Of a DNA stretch of 64,000 nt, positions 1 through 8,741 are shown in pieces. Location: positions 9,201-73,200 of the forward strand of contig CAZNEV010000017.1 in the NCBI GenBank assembly GCA_964572085.1. Direction: 5' to 3'. The notes beneath the pieces are model-generated. The model worked only from the letters and a program-made list of their open reading frames with translations, had not been told where the DNA came from and did not search any database. The stretch is from an uncultured Maribellus sp. (GTDB taxonomy: Bacteria > Bacteroidota > Bacteroidia > Bacteroidales > Prolixibacteraceae). Made by a program: the position numbers and the translations under genes. Positions within the stretch are counted from its first letter, which is position 1; each line of letters opens with the position of its first letter.

Positions 1-259
1 CGTGATAAGCTTTGCGCGTGAGGAAACGCACCGGCTGGTCTTCGGGCGGCAAATGGCAATCGACGCATTTTACCGAAACGCCGCTGCGGGTGTTATTGTG
101 AACTCCAAGTTGCCAGGATGTTTCGGCATGTGGATGCACGTGGCAGGAGGCACAAAATTCGTTTGAGGAGGTGTAATGAATGGTTTTATTTGAAAGCGCC
201 ACAAACAATATTGCTGTTAGGCCGCCTATTATAAAAAGCAAAAAATGTTTTCGTTTCAT
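1..259 (-). CDS. NapC/NirT-like multiheme c-type cytochrome domain protein, 5' part (runs off left edge)
   Basis: Not in the ORF track. Manual translation from ATG at 259: MKRKHFLLFIIGGLTAILFVALSNKTIHYTSSNEFCASCHVHPHAETSWQLGVHNNTRSGVSVKCVDCHLPPEDQ...; N-terminal anchor, TSSxEFCxSCH and CVDCHLP heme-binding motifs. Confidence 0.85.
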   Translation of the reverse strand, partial: MKRKHFLLFIIGGLTAILFVALSNKTIHYTSSNEFCASCHVHPHAETSWQLGVHNNTRSGVSVKCVDCHLPPEDQPVRFLTRKAYH

Positions 260-504
260 TATTTATTATTGGATATACACACACTTTTTATACAACATTA
301 ATCATCAACTATTAGAAAAACATTAACACCATCAAAACATTTTATTAGCCCACGCTTAATTTACACTTAATTAATCATGCAAGTTTTTGATATAGAATAT
401 TTTACAAAATTTAAAATTAATACATATTATTTTTATATTCATTAATTTTTATATTTTTGACGACAGAATAATTCAAAATTAAGGAATACAGCTCTATTAA
501 TTCA

Positions 505-3027
505 ATGCATCTAAAAATGTCGATTCACAATAAATTCCTCCTAACACTAACTCTATTCCTGCTCTTCACCGCGTTGAAAGTCGATGCGGCCAATATTTTC
601 GATCACACATTCTTAATTGCGGATATTAATGAACAAAACATTGGAGATAAATCTCTATGGAATTTTATCCAGCAAAATGATGCCACGGGGATTCAAGTAA
701 AAATTTCGTTGAAAAACAACGACTTATACATCGATCGCTCGGGGCAACGATTCTTCTCCATCTTAGAAAAAACGAACACAATCGTTCAGGAAAACACTTC
801 TAAAATTATACCCATATTCTTAGAGTTCGATGGTGATATTTTGTTGTTAGATTCCATAATAAACAAGTCGAGGCTTGCACCTTTCCTGTTTTATCTTCCG
901 CAAGGCGAAGCATGGCCGTCGTTGGAATACCTGGTTCAGGCCAACCGCCGCGTTGTTTTTTTCATAAAAGGAAACTTGGAGAACGAAAGTCGGATTTTGC
1001 ATGTGTTAAAGAATTACGCCTTGCAAATTTCCGCCGACAAGCCAAACATAAACCTATCACCGCTGTCGATGAATACAAATGTCAATCTTGAACTTTTTGC
1101 GATTAATAATTTCGACAAACTGCCGACAGCATTTCCTTCGAATCAGTCGATACGAAACCTAGTTCCGGATTATATCAATTTTTTACTGGAAAGCTGGAAG
1201 AAATTTGGTAAAAAGCCCAATTTTATTTTTGTGGGTACCGACATTTTTAAATTCGATTTTATTGTTGACCAATTAAATTCGTTCATTTGGATTAATGGCC
1301 AGATAAACGTATCCGGAAAAAGCTTAGAAGAAGTTTTTTGGAGAAACCCGGATGTATTAGTCACCGGTAGTCATTTCAGTTTCCCATATCGTGGCGGAGA
1401 AGAAATCATTTTGTCACCCTTTGTACCCGGTTTCCGCATGACGCCGGAGCAAATTGTGGTTACAGGAGAGATGGCTTTACCGGAAAGTTATTCGATTATA
1501 GCTACACCTTTGGAGTTAAGTGAAGGCATGACAGGAAATTTCACTTTTGAGGGTGAGATTAGAAATAAACTGGCTCCAGAACTGGAATTTGTTGGCACTG
1601 ACTATTCATTTATCCGAGACATTGAACGGGGCGAAGTACTCAGACTGCCCGAGAATGCAAGCATCAATCTTGGAAAGCCGGAAAGCTACGGTTTGCCCAA
1701 CAGCAGTTTCACGGTGAGTTGCTTTGTGAAGTTTACCGAAATTTTGGAATTTGGCGACAATGCCATTTTGGGCAACTACGAAACCGGATACCGGCGCGGA
1801 CTGCATCTGATTTTGCGTTCAGGACACCCCTACTTTGGCTTGTGGGCCAACGATTTTATTTCGGACGCGCAATTGAAATCGAATAAATGGTATCACCTAA
1901 CCTGGCGCTACATAATTGAAACGGGTGAACAGTCGATTTTTTTGAATGGCCGTTCCATTGGAGGCTCCGACGGGCACCCACCTTATTCCGGCACAGGCGA
2001 CATTCACCTTGGCAGCGCATTATCATCGGGTGCGAGTTTGCGCGGCTATATCGATAATTTACGCTTCTGGAACCGTCCGCTGGGCAACGAAGAAATCAAC
2101 CGTTTAGCGCTGGACGAAGAAATTCTGATGAAGGAAACTCCCAAAGCCAATAATTCTATTTTCCTCAATAAATGGATATGGTTTGGATTGGGGGCAGGAA
2201 TTATTGTAACGCTAATTTTGATTTTTATTTTCAGAAAGAAAAAAGCAAAACCGACAGCGAGCTTTAAATTGCCCATCCGCCCCGCGGGAAACCAAATTCT
2301 GCTCTTTGGCGAATTTAAAGCGGTAAGCAAAGAAGGCGAAAGCATTACCGATCTTTTTACACCGAAAGTAAAAGAGCTTTTTCTTTTCAGTTTAATCGAA
2401 ACTTTAAGAAATGGTGCAGGGGCAAATGTTTCTGATATCAAAGAAGAGCTTTGGCCTGGTATTTCAGATAAAAAAGCCACTAATAACCGTTCAGTAACGT
2501 TGAATAAGCTTCGAAAAATATTGCATCACTTTCAGGGCATCGAAATTTTGTCGAACAGTGGTCGGCTACTGGTAAAAACAGAAGAACCCTTCTTTTGTGA
2601 CTATGTTGAGGCATTTACTCTTTGCAAAATACCACAGGGACTTGACCGCCAACAACTTGTTGCTTTTTTCGATTTGGTGAAACGGGGCCGCTTTCTAAAA
2701 GGAACATCGTGGCCGTGGCTCGACGATATCCGCGGTTTTATTGGCAATCAAGTGATAGACAATCTCCTGAAACTATCATCGTTTTACAGAAATGAAAATA
2801 ACTTGAAAGAAATAGAAAAGGTAGCGCAGCGGATTTTGGATTATGATGATTTAAATGAAGAGGCTATTTATTTGCAGATTTGGGCCTTGCAAAAAGCAAA
2901 TAACTTAAACCTTGCAAAATTCAATTTCAATCTTTTTACAAAGAAATACGAAACCAATTTTGCGGAACCTTATCCGATGAATTTCGCCCGTTTCAACCAG
3001 CATTTCGAGCAGGAATTACAACCTTGA
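505..3027 (+). CDS. Membrane-anchored one-component regulator: PI-PLC-like domain, LamG domain, TM helix, cytoplasmic HTH/BTAD-like domain
   Basis: Signal peptide; WPSLEYLVQANRRVVFF and KPNFIFV (PI-PLC-like); KWYHLT...GYIDNLRFWNRPL (LamG); one TM near aa 557-576; ILLFGEF...FTPKVKELF...LWP...NNRSVTLNKLRKIL...DDLNEEA (SARP/BTAD-like). Confidence 0.65.
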   Translation: MHLKMSIHNKFLLTLTLFLLFTALKVDAANIFDHTFLIADINEQNIGDKSLWNFIQQNDATGIQVKISLKNNDLYIDRSGQRFFSILEKTNTIVQENTSKIIPIFLEFDGDILLLDSIINKSRLAPFLFYLPQGEAWPSLEYLVQANRRVVFFIKGNLENESRILHVLKNYALQISADKPNINLSPLSMNTNVNLELFAINNFDKLPTAFPSNQSIRNLVPDYINFLLESWKKFGKKPNFIFVGTDIFKFDFIVDQLNSFIWINGQINVSGKSLEEVFWRNPDVLVTGSHFSFPYRGGEEIILSPFVPGFRMTPEQIVVTGEMALPESYSIIATPLELSEGMTGNFTFEGEIRNKLAPELEFVGTDYSFIRDIERGEVLRLPENASINLGKPESYGLPNSSFTVSCFVKFTEILEFGDNAILGNYETGYRRGLHLILRSGHPYFGLWANDFISDAQLKSNKWYHLTWRYIIETGEQSIFLNGRSIGGSDGHPPYSGTGDIHLGSALSSGASLRGYIDNLRFWNRPLGNEEINRLALDEEILMKETPKANNSIFLNKWIWFGLGAGIIVTLILIFIFRKKKAKPTASFKLPIRPAGNQILLFGEFKAVSKEGESITDLFTPKVKELFLFSLIETLRNGAGANVSDIKEELWPGISDKKATNNRSVTLNKLRKILHHFQGIEILSNSGRLLVKTEEPFFCDYVEAFTLCKIPQGLDRQQLVAFFDLVKRGRFLKGTSWPWLDDIRGFIGNQVIDNLLKLSSFYRNENNLKEIEKVAQRILDYDDLNEEAIYLQIWALQKANNLNLAKFNFNLFTKKYETNFAEPYPMNFARFNQHFEQELQP

Positions 3028-3091
3028 AAAACGATTCAAGAATTAATAACTGTAATAAATAATCTGAAAGCAATTGGATGGAATTGTCACC

Positions 3092-3997
3092 TCAAAACCG
3101 TAACTTTTCAGTCATAATCCCAAAACGAAGAACGCTTAACTGGTGGTTGAAATACACGTTGTAATAATCCATACCCCGGTAGCCCTGTACAAAAAAACCG
3201 ATGTCTTCAAAAAATCGGGGATGGTAGTAAAAGGTAAATTTCAGGTTGAGCCTGTTGGTCGAAAGCGAGTTCCAGTTGTTCACGTCGCCGAACATCCAGG
3301 TGGCTTCCCCTTTCATTGAAATTTTTGCTTTTTCTTTACTGCTTTGATTTTCCGCTATGGGGAGTTTAAAAAAGGAAACCGTGTTGTGCCAACGCACAGT
3401 GCTGTACTGTCCCTCCAATCCTTTATTCACCAAGCCCGTGGGGTGTACCTCTACAGATGTCTTTAAAAATCGGTGAGCGTTGAAACGGCTGATAAAATTG
3501 GTTTTAATCGCGCCAAGTTCAAAATAATTGGTGGCAAAGTTCCCCGAAAGGGTATTAATCTCGCCGTTTTCGAGATAAAAACTGCCGTCCTGTCCGTTCG
3601 AGTGATGGGCGATTTTCCCAAATAAACTGATGGTGTTTTTTTTGTTTTCCCGGGGCATTAAATAGTAAACCGTTATTTGCGGCATGTAGCTTGGAGTCCG
3701 TATGGGGAACGACTCTTCCTGATACATGCGGATAATCATTTGAGGCGTTAGTACGCCCATCAGCCGGGAATTTTTGCTTTTGCGGATATAGAAACTGGGG
3801 CTTAAATTCGCCTCGAACCAAAGGGGTTCAATGTTTCCGATGTCGGTGGGAAAAGTAATGTAACTGTTCCCCTGGTTTACCTGACCTATTATGGTGAGTT
3901 CCATTATCGACGATACCGGATCTTTGCTCTGCCCTCTGGCAAAAGAGACAAAAAACAAAAAGGGGAGAATAAAGAAACCTGTTTTTTTCATGGTCAC
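3092..3997 (-). CDS. pldA: Outer-membrane phospholipase A-like protein
   Basis: ESFPIRTPSYMP and HHSNGQDG catalytic motif; GMDYYN; C-terminal Phe. Confidence 0.7.
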   Translation of the reverse strand: MTMKKTGFFILPFLFFVSFARGQSKDPVSSIMELTIIGQVNQGNSYITFPTDIGNIEPLWFEANLSPSFYIRKSKNSRLMGVLTPQMIIRMYQEESFPIRTPSYMPQITVYYLMPRENKKNTISLFGKIAHHSNGQDGSFYLENGEINTLSGNFATNYFELGAIKTNFISRFNAHRFLKTSVEVHPTGLVNKGLEGQYSTVRWHNTVSFFKLPIAENQSSKEKAKISMKGEATWMFGDVNNWNSLSTNRLNLKFTFYYHPRFFEDIGFFVQGYRGMDYYNVYFNHQLSVLRFGIMTEKLRF

Positions 3998-4443
3998 AGG
4001 TAAATAATTTTTACTTGTATCGATTTATCTGCATTCAATTCAAAGCTTGCTTCAGAGAATTTGGGCTTGTTGAACATCCCAATGGAGGTATAGTTGGAGA
4101 ACCCGATGCCTTCTTTCGGCAGTGCCAGGCCTTTTTTTATTTTGCCGTCCTCGTCTTCGTCGTGTAAAATATTTACGGCATATTTCCCCGGCGGAAGATT
4201 TTTAAACGTGACCTTCGAGGTGCCGTTTACAATCTTCGCAGACTCTTTTCGATAGTGTTTTTTGTAATTTTCATCGGGAAATACATCCGCCCTATTATAC
4301 AAGGCAAACTGCACAACACCTTTTGAGTTTCGCAAATCAGTTACTTCAATGCTCAGCGAGTGGCTTTCTTCCTTTTGGTTGTTGAATGCTGAAAAGACAA
4401 AGGCCACAATAAATAAAAAAGTAACAGTCGTGATTTTCTTCAT
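3994..4443 (-). CDS. DUF2141 family protein
   Basis: Signal peptide; LPPGKYAVNILHDEDEDGK...PKEGIGFSN...KPKFSEASF. Confidence 0.85.
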   Translation of the reverse strand: MKKITTVTFLFIVAFVFSAFNNQKEESHSLSIEVTDLRNSKGVVQFALYNRADVFPDENYKKHYRKESAKIVNGTSKVTFKNLPPGKYAVNILHDEDEDGKIKKGLALPKEGIGFSNYTSIGMFNKPKFSEASFELNADKSIQVKIIYL

Positions 4444-4469
4444 TTTCTGATGTTTTAAAGTAAAATATC

Positions 4470-4500
4470 CAAAGTTAGTTAATGGTTACTAACATACAAA
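4470..4500 (-). promoter_or_regulatory. Bacteroidota housekeeping promoter of DUF2141-pldA, overlapped by a palindromic operator (4477-4494)
   Basis: Minus strand TTTG (4500-4497), 19 nt, TAACTTTG (4477-4470); operator-like AGTTAATGGTTACTAACA. Confidence 0.6.
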
Positions 4501-4566
4501 TATTTTAAAAATAATTTTTAATTTTATTAAGACTAAAGATTAATAGCATCTATTTCCGATTGAAAA

Positions 4567-4614
4567 TTTGTTTTTATAAAAATTGACTTCTATATTTGTT
4601 AGTGAATACTAACA
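4567..4614 (+). promoter_or_regulatory. Promoter of the membrane-protein operon plus TetR-like operator
   Basis: TTTG (4567-4570), 20 nt, TATATTTG (4591-4598), overlapping the palindrome TGTTAGT-GAAT-ACTAACA (4597-4614). Confidence 0.65.
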
Positions 4615-4681
4615 TACTTATAAGTAAGTTAATGTTTATTCATTTTTAAATAGGTTATTAACAAAACAATAAGGAGGAAAA

Positions 4682-5497
4682 ATGATGAAAAATTTTAAAA
4701 ACATTGGAATCGCTTTGTCGATTGTCGGAATTTTCACGGGCATTTTGCTTTTATACTTGATGGCCCAAAACTACATGATAGTAGTAGATGGTAAAATTGC
4801 AGGTGGCCGCCCCGATGAGGCGGTGGCCGTGGAGATAACTCACTCCATGCTGGGCGCACTGGGCATAATAGCCAGTGCTTTATGGGCTGCAGTGCTTTAT
4901 GGTTTTTTTCACAATCAAAAATGGGCATGGCGATGGGGCGCCATGGCTGCGGCACTGCAAATGCTGGCAGGTTTTTTCCCCACGATACCTGCCAAAAGTA
5001 TTGATTTACCTGCCGCCACCATGCCGGTTTTTCTCATTGCCGTAGTGCTGTGGTTCGGGATGATGTACGCCGGACGGGTGAACCGCAAAGTGATAATATT
5101 CACCTTTGTGGCCGGCCTGGCTTATGTCCTTACCTACATCATCGGGGTGGCCATGATATCACGCTATCAGCACCTGGGATTCGACACCGACATACCCAAG
5201 GTATTAAAGGGGATGTATGCCGTGGTGCAGATGTCCACCTGGATGGGGGCGGCCGCCTGGCTGGTATTTATCTATCAGGTATTCATGCATCGGAGCTGGG
5301 CGCTTCCTCTGGGCATAATGGCCGCAGCAACCAGCATGATAAGCGGTTACGTGGTGGGCGGTGCTGAACTTGTGGCAAAAGGGGGCATATTCAATTTGTA
5401 CATGCCGGCCGCACTAATCGCTACCGGGCTGTTGATCTACCTGCTCACACCTGCTGCAAAAGTGCTCATTGAAGAGCGAATGGCAGGCGTTGAGTAA
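4682..5497 (+). CDS. Uncharacterised polytopic membrane protein (~8 TM, internal two-fold repeat)
   Basis: 271-aa hydrophobic ORF with AAGGAGG upstream; two similar halves. Confidence 0.8.
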   Translation: MMKNFKNIGIALSIVGIFTGILLLYLMAQNYMIVVDGKIAGGRPDEAVAVEITHSMLGALGIIASALWAAVLYGFFHNQKWAWRWGAMAAALQMLAGFFPTIPAKSIDLPAATMPVFLIAVVLWFGMMYAGRVNRKVIIFTFVAGLAYVLTYIIGVAMISRYQHLGFDTDIPKVLKGMYAVVQMSTWMGAAAWLVFIYQVFMHRSWALPLGIMAAATSMISGYVVGGAELVAKGGIFNLYMPAALIATGLLIYLLTPAAKVLIEERMAGVE

Positions 5498-5557
5498 AGA
5501 TATGTTTACGTTGGACCGATGATGCCTTTAACAGGCTGTTCACAAAAAAATAAAGTC

Positions 5558-6205
5558 ATGAGAATCACTATTTTCGATCAGATAATATTATTGCTTACCG
5601 GAGTGATTGCTGTATATATGGTGTATTACTTCTTCCGTGAGTATAATTCTAAAAAAACCAAACAGGAATACTATCTCTGGTATATGGCCTCTTTTGGGGT
5701 GCTGTTTGTAGCAGGGGTACTTATTGTCCTGTTTGGTTTTGGTGTGCTGGGCAGTCCGCTGATTAAAGTTGTGGCCACACTTATTCCGTTTGGCATCGCC
5801 ATTGGTCTGGTACATCAATTTTATTACAAGTACTATCATTACTATCTGAGTTTTCTTTTCACAGGATTCCTGTTGATTATGTTAGAGAATTTCGGTGTAT
5901 TCCAAACCCGAACAGTTTATCCGGTTTTCCATGCCATTGCCGGCTTAACCATTTTTTTGGTGCCTATTGTGGTAGCGCGTTCGGGGCAAGTCGGATACAG
6001 GTTTATTTGGGTTGGCATAGGGGGCGCCCTCATTGGCATTGGTGGAATGACCCTGGCATCGCTGGGGTTTGGCCAACCGCTTATGGGCGTATTCACCAGT
6101 GAAGTGGTATTTGCTATTCTGGCTCCGATCCTGCTGCTTATGAGCATGTCGTTTGCCTATGGCTTTGAAAAAAAAGTAAAAATCAACAACATTAGTACAT
6201 CATGA
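5558..6205 (+). CDS. Uncharacterised polytopic membrane protein (~7 TM)
   Basis: Hydrophobic ORF, likely start MRITIF at 5558; FHAIAGL and GIGGALIGIGG motifs; ATGA overlap with the next gene. Confidence 0.8.
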   Translation: MRITIFDQIILLLTGVIAVYMVYYFFREYNSKKTKQEYYLWYMASFGVLFVAGVLIVLFGFGVLGSPLIKVVATLIPFGIAIGLVHQFYYKYYHYYLSFLFTGFLLIMLENFGVFQTRTVYPVFHAIAGLTIFLVPIVVARSGQVGYRFIWVGIGGALIGIGGMTLASLGFGQPLMGVFTSEVVFAILAPILLLMSMSFAYGFEKKVKINNISTS

Positions 6206-7722
6206 ACAGAACCAGCTATTTTTTTACCTCAACAAAGGGGTTGATACTCGTAGCCATTGTTTTGATATCGGTCACAACCGCGATCTTTGGGATGCTATCG
6301 GGCCCCATGGCCGAGTGGGGCGTTAAGGAAGTGGTGGTGCGATTGCTTCGTATGGATCTAAATCCCGCCGAACGCTCCGGCCGCATCATCATGCTCTATC
6401 ACACCATAGCTATGGCGGTAATTGCCATTGAGGTGTATATGATCACCTCCATTGTGCCCATGAAGCGCCACCAGCAAAGCAATATTAACACCATAGTAAC
6501 CTTCGGCTACATGACCACCATGTTCTTTGGCCTCGGGTTTGCTTACTGGGGACACAACAAGGCTTTTCACGGCCTGTTCCTGGTTGGCCTCTCGCTCATG
6601 TTCTTTGCAGGAGTATTACTTGCCATAGTGCTCAATCCATGGAGCAAGGAGTATCGTGTTACCGATAAAGCTTATGCCCATACCAAAAAGGGAATGGACG
6701 TGGAGCGCCTGGCCTTTTTTACAATGGTGGTAATGACCCTTATCTCAGCCGGATTTGGAGCCTACACCGGTGCCTTCTGGGGTAGCGGACACGAAACATT
6801 CCTGGCTGAAGACATCATCCGTGAAGCTGATAAAACAGTTTTCGAAAAGGCAATCATCGGTCACCTCCACATCATGCTTGCCCTAATTGCCGTGGCTATT
6901 ACCCTGGTGGTTGGCCGCTGGCTCGACTTTAAAGGCATCTTTCATAAGATAGCCATGTGGCTGATGATTCCCGGCAGTATCGTCCTTGGCGCCGGCTCCT
7001 TGTCGGTAGTTTGGACACAATCTGCTCACACTTTTGTTTACGTAGGTGCGGTGCTGACGATGCTGGCCGCCTTGTTTCTGGTCATTTTCGGCTGGAGAAA
7101 GCTGATCGACGACCGGCTCAAAGAGTTGGGCTTGAAAAAGGCAGGATTCTTTAAGCGACTGGCCGCCCTGGTGCACGACCCGTTAAAGTTTGGACCGCTG
7201 TGGCAAATGGTGTTCATGAACTTCACCGTAAGTGGGGTGGGTATCTTTATGGCCGTTAAGTTAGACGATATTTTCCGCGTGTGGCCCTTGCGCGAGGAGC
7301 GCATCACCCTCACCGGTCACTGGCACATCCTATCAGCCCTCATAGCTACTATTATCATCATGTATTACGCCGACATATCGGGCATGAAAGGCAAGGCCAG
7401 ACAATGGTTTGGCTGGATATTGATTATCGGCTCCGATGTAGCATTTGGCGCCATGACCATCTTCTCGATGAAACGGCTGATAGTGGTGGAAACCGCCCAG
7501 CAGCAACTGGTGGATACGACCATGATATTAGCAGATTTGGGCCTGGGTATCGTGCTGGTGCTGATGTTTTTATTTCTGCTGTGGCGATTATTCGACCTGT
7601 TTAAAGACAACGGCATCTGGCGCCGGGAAACTATAGATCAGGAATTGGATGTAAATAAAACTACAGGATACATTCCAGCATATTCAAGGGAGGGTTACTC
7701 CCCGAAAGGAGGTGAGAAATGA
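6202..7722 (+). CDS. 12-TM His-rich membrane protein, putative divergent heme-copper-oxidase-subunit-I-like heme protein
   Basis: About 12 hydrophobic segments; His67 (TM2), GHLH His221/223 (TM6), GHWH His373/375 (TM10). The CDS is secure; the function is inferred. Confidence 0.55.
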   Translation: MNRTSYFFTSTKGLILVAIVLISVTTAIFGMLSGPMAEWGVKEVVVRLLRMDLNPAERSGRIIMLYHTIAMAVIAIEVYMITSIVPMKRHQQSNINTIVTFGYMTTMFFGLGFAYWGHNKAFHGLFLVGLSLMFFAGVLLAIVLNPWSKEYRVTDKAYAHTKKGMDVERLAFFTMVVMTLISAGFGAYTGAFWGSGHETFLAEDIIREADKTVFEKAIIGHLHIMLALIAVAITLVVGRWLDFKGIFHKIAMWLMIPGSIVLGAGSLSVVWTQSAHTFVYVGAVLTMLAALFLVIFGWRKLIDDRLKELGLKKAGFFKRLAALVHDPLKFGPLWQMVFMNFTVSGVGIFMAVKLDDIFRVWPLREERITLTGHWHILSALIATIIIMYYADISGMKGKARQWFGWILIIGSDVAFGAMTIFSMKRLIVVETAQQQLVDTTMILADLGLGIVLVLMFLFLLWRLFDLFKDNGIWRRETIDQELDVNKTTGYIPAYSREGYSPKGGEK

Positions 7723-8681
7723 AAAAATACATTTTAGCTTTATCGCTGTTTCTGGTGGCCATTATGGCCTGCAACACAACGCCGGTACTCAACCGGGAAA
7801 CCACACCCATTGATACGGATATCGATGCTGATAAATGGGCCCTGGTGCCTGCCGGAAAATTCTACTACGGCCTGCACAACAAGGACTCTCTAATTGATTA
7901 CGATTTTGAGATGATGGTTACCCATGTAACCAACCGGCAATATGCGAAATTCCTGAAAGAAGCAATAGCCGAAGGAAAATTAGAGATAAAAGCAGACAGT
8001 GTTTATGGGTTCTTCCCGGGGGAGCCGTTTCACGGTTTCAGGCACGAAGAGGAGATAACATCAGGCCTATACCTCTGTATGGCACTAAATGTCCCCGGCA
8101 ATCACATCAGCTATCACAACAATGAATTCATTATAGACCCCGGATTTGAAAATCACCCTGTGGTAATGGTCTCATGGTTTGGGGCCTGGTGGTATGCCAA
8201 ATTTTATGGCTATCGCCTGCCTACCGAGGCCGAATGGACCAAGGCAGCCCGTGGAACCGACCAAAGGGCCTATCCCTGGGGCGATGACATTGATGAGAAA
8301 GTGGTGAACTACACTCACAGCACAAAATCGCTGAGTCCAGTGCTGGGAACAGAGGTGGTGCGAACCACACCGGTGGGATTTTACAACGGCAGAAAATATA
8401 AGGAGTTGCAAACCCGCGACAACAGCAGCCTCTACGGCATTTACGATATGGCCGGAAACGCATGGCAATGGGTGGCCGATGATTATCCCCGAGTGCATTA
8501 TAAATTTATGCGCGGTGGCAGTTTTTCTAACTATGCCCATTTTGTAACCAACTGGGCCCGTAATTCAGCGCATCCTGAATACTGCAGCTTCAACCTGGGA
8601 TTCAGATGTATACGTGATGTAAAAGCTGCCACAGACGACCCGGTAGAAGACCACGATCCTTTTACCGGGGAAGAACCTTAA
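7719..8681 (+). CDS. FGE/SUMF1-fold lipoprotein
   Basis: Lipobox IMAC; VTNRQY, HPVVMVSW, RLPTEAEW.KAARG, YPWG, GIYDMAGN, RGGSF, GFRC. Confidence 0.9.
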   Translation: MKKYILALSLFLVAIMACNTTPVLNRETTPIDTDIDADKWALVPAGKFYYGLHNKDSLIDYDFEMMVTHVTNRQYAKFLKEAIAEGKLEIKADSVYGFFPGEPFHGFRHEEEITSGLYLCMALNVPGNHISYHNNEFIIDPGFENHPVVMVSWFGAWWYAKFYGYRLPTEAEWTKAARGTDQRAYPWGDDIDEKVVNYTHSTKSLSPVLGTEVVRTTPVGFYNGRKYKELQTRDNSSLYGIYDMAGNAWQWVADDYPRVHYKFMRGGSFSNYAHFVTNWARNSAHPEYCSFNLGFRCIRDVKAATDDPVEDHDPFTGEEP

Positions 8682-8741
8682 CAGGTAACCCTTTGGAGAT
8701 GTGTGCATGGCTTCAATTAAACACAACTAAATTCAGGCGTC

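Noticed and set aside
6202..7722. Calling this a canonical cytochrome c oxidase subunit I or NorB
   Set aside because: No HPEVY or HLWVEG motif, no TM7 HH pair, and no subunit II or NorC gene adjacent
7719..8681. Sulfatase-maturing FGE for the sulfatase at 31085
   Set aside because: Catalytic cysteines are absent and the context is a heme/membrane operon
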